Shown: piece by piece, positions 17,385 through 22,459 of the stretch
How positions within the stretch are numbered: the stretch's first letter is position 1
Layout: every line of letters starts with the position of its first letter
Origin: Candidatus Cloacimonadota bacterium
GTDB lineage: Bacteria > Cloacimonadota > Cloacimonadia > Cloacimonadales > WRIO01
DNA: 22,459 nucleotides
Assembly (NCBI GenBank): GCA_029564175.1
Contig: JAKQQL010000141.1
Span: 1 to 22,459, forward strand
Direction: 5' to 3'
The notes under the pieces: generated by a model
What the model saw: only the letters and a program-made list of their open reading frames with translations
Databases searched by the model: none
Told to the model about the DNA's origin: nothing
Position numbers and translations under genes: made by a program

Positions 17385-17745
17385 AACCACGGATAGGACG
17401 GATCTACACGGATAAGAACCAGAGAACCCAGGGTTAGGGCAAAGAGGAATGATAAAATGATTTTCTACAACCACGGAAGTCACAGAAATCACAGAAAAGG
17501 AGTTAGTTAACCACAGATAGGACGGATCTACACGGAAAAGAACCAGTGTTAACCCTGAAAGGGTGGCATTATTGTAGAACCAGAGAACGCAGAGGTAGGG
17601 CAAAGAGGAATGATATAATGATTTTCTACAACCACGGAAGACACAGAAATCACAGAAAAAGAGTTTGTTAACCACTGATAGGACGGATCTACATGGATAA
17701 GAGCCAGTGCTAACCCTGAAAGGGTGGCATTATTGTAGAACCAGA
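17385..17745. repeat. Tandem array of the modular repeat, 161-bp period
   Basis: AGAACCAGA at 17415, 17576 and 17737. Each unit ends AACCCTGAAAGGGTGGCATTATTGTAG. Confidence 0.92.
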
Positions 17746-17771
17746 AAAAATTGACACAGAAAGGATTGTAA

Positions 17772-18167
17772 ATGAAAAAGGTAACAGGCATTGGCGGGGT
17801 CTTTTTTAAATGTAAGGACCCAGAGAAGGTTAAAGACTGGTATAAAAACCATTTAGGTTTTAATACCGATGAGTATGGATGTATGTTTGAATGTCGTGAG
17901 TTCCCTGATACAGAAAAGAAGGCTTTAACCCAGTGGAGTCCTTTCCCTCATGATACTACCTATTTTAACCCATCACAAAAGGAATTCATGATCAATTATC
18001 GAGTTGAAAATTTAGAATTGCTGCTTGAAGAATTAAAACAAAATGGCGTGACCATATTAGACGAAGTAGAAACTTATGAATATGGGAAATTTGTTCATGT
18101 CATGGATATCGAAGGGAACAAAATAGAATTATGGGAACCAGCAAATCCTGATTCATTACTCAAATAA
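17772..18167 (+). CDS. VOC/glyoxalase family protein
   Basis: MKKVTGIGGVFFK...WY...FMINYRV...YGKF...DIEGNKIELWEP. Confidence 0.92.
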   Translation: MKKVTGIGGVFFKCKDPEKVKDWYKNHLGFNTDEYGCMFECREFPDTEKKALTQWSPFPHDTTYFNPSQKEFMINYRVENLELLLEELKQNGVTILDEVETYEYGKFVHVMDIEGNKIELWEPANPDSLLK

Positions 18168-18223
18168 AAGTTTTTAATTGACAGACTGGTAAATCTGATC
18201 TATACTCTTTCTAAAAGGAGCTT

Positions 18224-19162
18224 ATGATGGATAACAATAAACTTTTCCCTCAAAAAATCAGCTGTATGCTGTGGTTTGATAATCAGGCTGAAGAGGCTGT
18301 TAGTTTCTACACATCACTTTTCCCAAATGCTAAAGCAGGTCAAAAAACCTATTATTCCGCAGATGATCATGATACACATTATCACCCCGTAAAAAAACTG
18401 ATGACTTATGATTTCGTTCTGGATGGGCATCAGTTTATTGCATTAAACGGAGGACCAAAGTTTTCTGTTAATCCCTCAATTTCTTTTTATGTCGCTTATG
18501 ATCATGATTATTTTATTGAAGAGCTCTGGAGTGATTTGGCTGATAAGGGCACAATACTAATCCCGTTTGAAAAGCATGAACTGAGTTCTAAATATGGAAA
18601 ATTGATTGATCGTTTTGATGTCACCTGGCATATTGCCCTTGCAGACAGATCAAACATTGAAGAAGACAGAATAACTCCCTTATTTTCATTTATCAATCAG
18701 CAGACTGGAAAAGCAGAAGAAGCTGTTGATTTTTACACCGGAATTTTTAATAACTCAGCAAAAAATGAGGTGTTGTACTACTCAGAAAAAGACTTACCTG
18801 AAATAGCAGGTCAGGCAAAAAATATCCATTTTACATTGGAAACTCAACATTTTATGGCAAGTGACAGTTCTATATTTCATCTATATGATTTTAATGAAGC
18901 GATATCTTTTATCGTTCATTGCCAGAATCAGGATGAGATTGACTATTACTGGGATAAATTATCTCAAAATGGAGAAGAACAGCTTTGTGGATGGCTCAAA
19001 GATCCTTATGGAGTCTCCTGGCAAATTCTTCCGGATATATTCTTTGAGATGCTCTTACTAAAAAACTCAGTACTCACTCACGAAATGTTTAAACTACTGG
19101 AAAAAACCAAAAAAATCAATATTGAGGCTTTGAACCAGCTAAAAGAAAGATATTTACATTAA
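18224..19162 (+). CDS. Two-domain VOC family protein (3-demethylubiquinone-9 3-methyltransferase/PhnB-like)
   Basis: LWFDNQAEEAVSFY, FIALNGGP, second AEEAVDFY, FNEAISF..C..QDEIDYYWDKL, CGWLKDPYGVSWQI. RBS AAGGAG. Confidence 0.92.
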   Translation: MMDNNKLFPQKISCMLWFDNQAEEAVSFYTSLFPNAKAGQKTYYSADDHDTHYHPVKKLMTYDFVLDGHQFIALNGGPKFSVNPSISFYVAYDHDYFIEELWSDLADKGTILIPFEKHELSSKYGKLIDRFDVTWHIALADRSNIEEDRITPLFSFINQQTGKAEEAVDFYTGIFNNSAKNEVLYYSEKDLPEIAGQAKNIHFTLETQHFMASDSSIFHLYDFNEAISFIVHCQNQDEIDYYWDKLSQNGEEQLCGWLKDPYGVSWQILPDIFFEMLLLKNSVLTHEMFKLLEKTKKINIEALNQLKERYLH

Positions 19163-19170
19163 TTGGAGGT

Positions 19171-19194
19171 CTAAGCGAAATAACGATCGCTTAG
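19171..19194 (+). terminator. Hairpin after the VOC genes
   Basis: CTAAGCGA-8 nt-TCGCTTAG, 8 nt after the stop. No clear U-tract. Confidence 0.4.
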
Positions 19195-19409
19195 TGGATC
19201 AAAGTATTTTAAAGAACGATTTGATTTTCAAGGAGTCCTATAGGATATCCCTCTCTATTAGGATGAAAAGCGTGATGAAATAATCATGATGCCTTAATTT
19301 TCTTCTTATGGTGCTTCATGTGTAATAAACTATATACCAGACACTTCCGCATCTGGTTGCTAATCGGCAATTCCTAAAGAGTTTAGGTTTTTGCACATGT
19401 CAACTTCAC

Positions 19410-19448
19410 GGGATGGGAATGCTTCACTCCGTTTCGAACATCCCTAAT
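19410..19448 (-). repeat. REP-like palindrome (TAGGGATG...CATCCC)
   Basis: The minus strand reads TTAGGGATGTTCGAAACGGAGTGAAGCATTCCCATCCC, with the same ends as the GTAGGGATG...CATCC elements at 2220 and 15066. Confidence 0.55.
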
Positions 19449-19939
19449 GACCATTTTTACATTTTTTAAAACTGATATCTTTGATGAAAATAGAATCAAT
19501 AATAACAACAAGCACCTAAACAGTAACAAATAACGTAAAAAATAAGCTATATGTATCAGTTGTAGTACCGTTTATTTCATACGATCAACCGAAAAATAAA
19601 ATACTTTTCTACAGGATAGATAAGGGAAAGACATGAGAATTGAATGAGTCTGTAATGAGAAAATATGATTGATTCGATTGTTTTGTTTCATCTGAACATT
19701 TATCTTTAAGATATCACTGGGCTATGTAATTGAAAAGAGAATCATAATTACATGATTTTTAAATAACCAGGGCATTCTGTTGCAGATATGGACTTTGTAG
19801 AAAATGTGATTTTTTACTTGACCATAAGCGTCTTTATTTTTTTTGATAAAAAGCTTTACAATATTGTTTAACTGAATAAATTTGCAAAAAATAGTAGTGT
19901 TTTACAAAAAAGAATAAGAAAATAGGATAAAGGAGTGTT

Positions 19940-22459
19940 ATGAAACGCCTGTTTCTACTAATTCTGCTAGCAGGGATCTGTTTTTTATATGCTGAACGGG
20001 TTGATCTGAATACAGCCAGTTTACAGCAAATTGAAAAATTACCGATCAGCCAACAGCAAGCAAAGGATATTTATGAATATCGTTTGTATACTGCTTTTTT
20101 CAAGAGTATCTACGACTTGAGAAAAATTCCGTCAATTGATCAGCAAACCATGCTGAGACTCAAACCGTTAATTGAGACTTCACTATATACTGATCTGGAT
20201 GAAACAGAACAAAGACGTGAAGAAATTTATTACTTACTGGAACGATTAGGCTCCACCGAAGGGACTCAGGAAGGTTTTTCCGATATTTGGGAAGACTATC
20301 TGATGACACCTCAGAATGTTAACAGCATGTCTTATAATGATATTCTTAATCTGCCAAATGTATCTCCAATTGATGCTGCTGCAGTAATGAGAAGAATTAC
20401 TCAGAAAGATACGATTACAGACTATCGAAACCTTCGCAGTACCTCCGGATTATCGTATTATGGTGCCAGTAATATCAGGCATTATGTATTCTTTAAAGAA
20501 CAACCGACGCAACAAAAATTATTCATGAACTATCAGCTCAAATATGAAGATAAATCATTTGATGATGATACACGGGAAAATCTGAGAGAAATATTCAGGA
20601 ATAAGAGTGACCATAACCTCCGTAGAATTGATCATTCATATTGGGGTTACTTCAATTTAAGCCAAAGTAACCCGGCTGTGATGAATAAACTTCGTGTGAG
20701 ATATGGCAATAATATCAAAGCAGGCTTGTTAAGTGCCAATCAAAGAGGAGAAAGCCTTTTTACAGAAAATACATTTTCTGAGAATATGAAAGATGCGAAG
20801 TATTATGCCGCTTATGATAATCAGTTTGATTTCTTTGGTAATACCCGTTTAAAAGCTTATCTGGGAAACTACCGTGTTACTTATGGTGAAGGTCTGGTTA
20901 TGGAAAATACAGACTATTACAGTTCCAGAAAAACAGGACACGGGTTCAGTAAAAGAATTCTCGGCTTAACGGAAGACTTATCCAGAACCGATGAGTATGC
21001 TTTAAAAGGGGCTTCTTTTTCACTTGAAAACAGATATTCATCATTATCTTTCTATTATTCACAAGATAAAAAAGATGCGATCCTTTATGATCTTAACGGT
21101 GACGGTTCCATCAATTCTCAGGATAAAGATGCTGATGGAAAATATCGTGTCTTTTCTTATGTTACTTCATCTGTTCGCTTTGATAATGATGATATGGAAG
21201 AAGCTGAAGCCTTTTTCAATCAAAAGTTAACCAGAAAAATCAACTTATCTCCCAGAAAAGACATCCTTGACGAAACCATCATCGGTGGCCGCTGGGAAGT
21301 TTCGCCTGTGATCGGTACTCATCTGGGAATCTCCGGTTATCAGGCAATTTATGATAATGCCAATTTTGTTGTTTACGGAGCTGACAGTATTGCCACTTAT
21401 ATGATCAGAGATGGTTCAAATAATGGCAAATGGAATATGCAAAGTTCCGAAATTCAGAATCTGTATTCGACTCAAACCAGCTCTTATAAAAGAGATTATC
21501 GTCAGATTTTAGGTTTTGACTGGCGAACCGTGATTGGAAATACCTCATTTTCCGGTGAATATGCTGAGTTATCTGTAGATGGTAAAGACCTGAAAATAGG
21601 TGATGATCCGGGTGCCACTGTAGTGAGTGCCTATACCCAATTTGAGAATTTCTATTTCCTGTCTCTCTTCCGCCATTATGATTTGGGTTTTGATAACCCG
21701 TACAGTCGCGGATTTTCAGAACATGAAAAATTTGATGATACCATTATTGATAAAAATCCTTATACCCTGACCAACCCGATACTGGCTGATATATATAGAA
21801 ACAGTGCTCAGGCTCAGGCTGAAAAAGGGGTTTATTTTGAAACAAGATACAAAATTACAACAGCTTTAACTTTAAATAGAACTTATCTGGATATTTGGGA
21901 AAGAATGTCAGATGGCAGAAGAACGATTCGATTCCAGGGCGATATGGAATACAGACCGATTTATTCTTTAGGTCTGAGAGCAAAATATAAAAATCAGGTT
22001 AATCGTTATGATGACGATGCGGATCGTGGTGTTTCCAAAACAAGTGAAGTTTCAGGGATTGTCACTTCTTATCTGTCTAACAGAGACCGATTGCAGTTTG
22101 AATATCGTTATACTAAAGTATGGGGACCTCCCTATCCTTATCTGACCAACGATGCTATTTTACCTGTCGATGACAATGGCAATTCTTCTGATGATACAAC
22201 TGTTCAAAGTATGGTGTTGATGAAGGGTGATTTCTTAAAAGTTGATTTTACGCATAATATTAATGATCTCTTACGATTCAGAACTGGTATTGGTTACTGG
22301 AATGGTCACGGTGTCAGCCACTGGGATTGGGAAGATATGGAAATTGACTTTATGGGAGAACAAGGCTTGAAATACTGGGTATTGTTACAGAACAAGATTG
22401 CCAATAACCTTTACTTATCCATGAGACTCAGAGCAAAATATTACAAGACCAAGGAACTG
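19940..22459 (+). CDS. Large exported protein with ComEA-type helix-hairpin-helix domains (3' partial, at least 840 aa)
   Basis: RBS AAGGAG, ATG 19940, signal peptide MKRLFLLILLAGICFLYA. HhH motif VDLNTASLQQIEKLP...FKSIYDLRKIPSI, with a second at NVNSMSYNDILNLPNV. The start and the window end (RAKYYKTKEL) are in the same frame. Absent from the ORF track because no stop lies in the window. Confidence 0.88.
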   Translation, partial: MKRLFLLILLAGICFLYAERVDLNTASLQQIEKLPISQQQAKDIYEYRLYTAFFKSIYDLRKIPSIDQQTMLRLKPLIETSLYTDLDETEQRREEIYYLLERLGSTEGTQEGFSDIWEDYLMTPQNVNSMSYNDILNLPNVSPIDAAAVMRRITQKDTITDYRNLRSTSGLSYYGASNIRHYVFFKEQPTQQKLFMNYQLKYEDKSFDDDTRENLREIFRNKSDHNLRRIDHSYWGYFNLSQSNPAVMNKLRVRYGNNIKAGLLSANQRGESLFTENTFSENMKDAKYYAAYDNQFDFFGNTRLKAYLGNYRVTYGEGLVMENTDYYSSRKTGHGFSKRILGLTEDLSRTDEYALKGASFSLENRYSSLSFYYSQDKKDAILYDLNGDGSINSQDKDADGKYRVFSYVTSSVRFDNDDMEEAEAFFNQKLTRKINLSPRKDILDETIIGGRWEVSPVIGTHLGISGYQAIYDNANFVVYGADSIATYMIRDGSNNGKWNMQSSEIQNLYSTQTSSYKRDYRQILGFDWRTVIGNTSFSGEYAELSVDGKDLKIGDDPGATVVSAYTQFENFYFLSLFRHYDLGFDNPYSRGFSEHEKFDDTIIDKNPYTLTNPILADIYRNSAQAQAEKGVYFETRYKITTALTLNRTYLDIWERMSDGRRTIRFQGDMEYRPIYSLGLRAKYKNQVNRYDDDADRGVSKTSEVSGIVTSYLSNRDRLQFEYRYTKVWGPPYPYLTNDAILPVDDNGNSSDDTTVQSMVLMKGDFLKVDFTHNINDLLRFRTGIGYWNGHGVSHWDWEDMEIDFMGEQGLKYWVLLQNKIANNLYLSMRLRAKYYKTKEL

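Noticed and set aside
14564..17745. CRISPR array interpretation of the ~31-bp AACCACGGATAGGACGG repeats
   Set aside because: The intervening sequences are themselves repeated rather than unique spacers, spacing is irregular, and no cas genes are present.
14564..17745. Integron attC cassette array
   Set aside because: GTTAG/GTTAAC strings occur, but there is no RYYYAAC...GTTRRRY imperfect hairpin after each gene, genes face both ways, and no integrase is present.
14560..17791. ORFs 14560..14814, 14719..14931, 17337..17675 and 17549..17791
   Set aside because: These are translations of the repeat blocks.
21024..21230. 68-aa ORF in the track
   Set aside because: It is an out-of-frame overlap inside the long CDS starting at 19940.

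Overview
AT-rich bacterial window. The host is possibly Cloacimonadota/FCB-group, inferred only from a FlgD-Ig lipoprotein and a large HhH outer-membrane-type protein. Left to right: (1) the 3' end of a group II intron (maturase domain X, RNA domains V/VI); (2) a stand-alone P-loop ATPase with a PD-(D/E)XK-like C-terminus under a perfect sigma70 promoter; (3) an ~11.5-kb, tightly packed minus-strand operon: WYL regulator, classical AAA+ ATPase, unknown amphipathic/coiled-coil protein, ZorA-like, ZorB-like, dynamin-Sel1, LeoA-like dynamin, LeoBC/HP0733-like dynamin, terminator; (4) modular REP-like repeat clusters; (5) a small ORF plus a lipoprotein; (6) three VOC/glyoxalase genes; (7) the 5' 840 codons of a ComEA-type HhH protein that the ORF track missed. 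The main candidate for an undescribed system is the WYL-headed operon. It joins a Zorya-type ion motor (no ZorC/D/E recognisable) to three dynamin-like GTPases and an AAA+ unfoldase, and is a putative membrane-remodelling anti-phage system.
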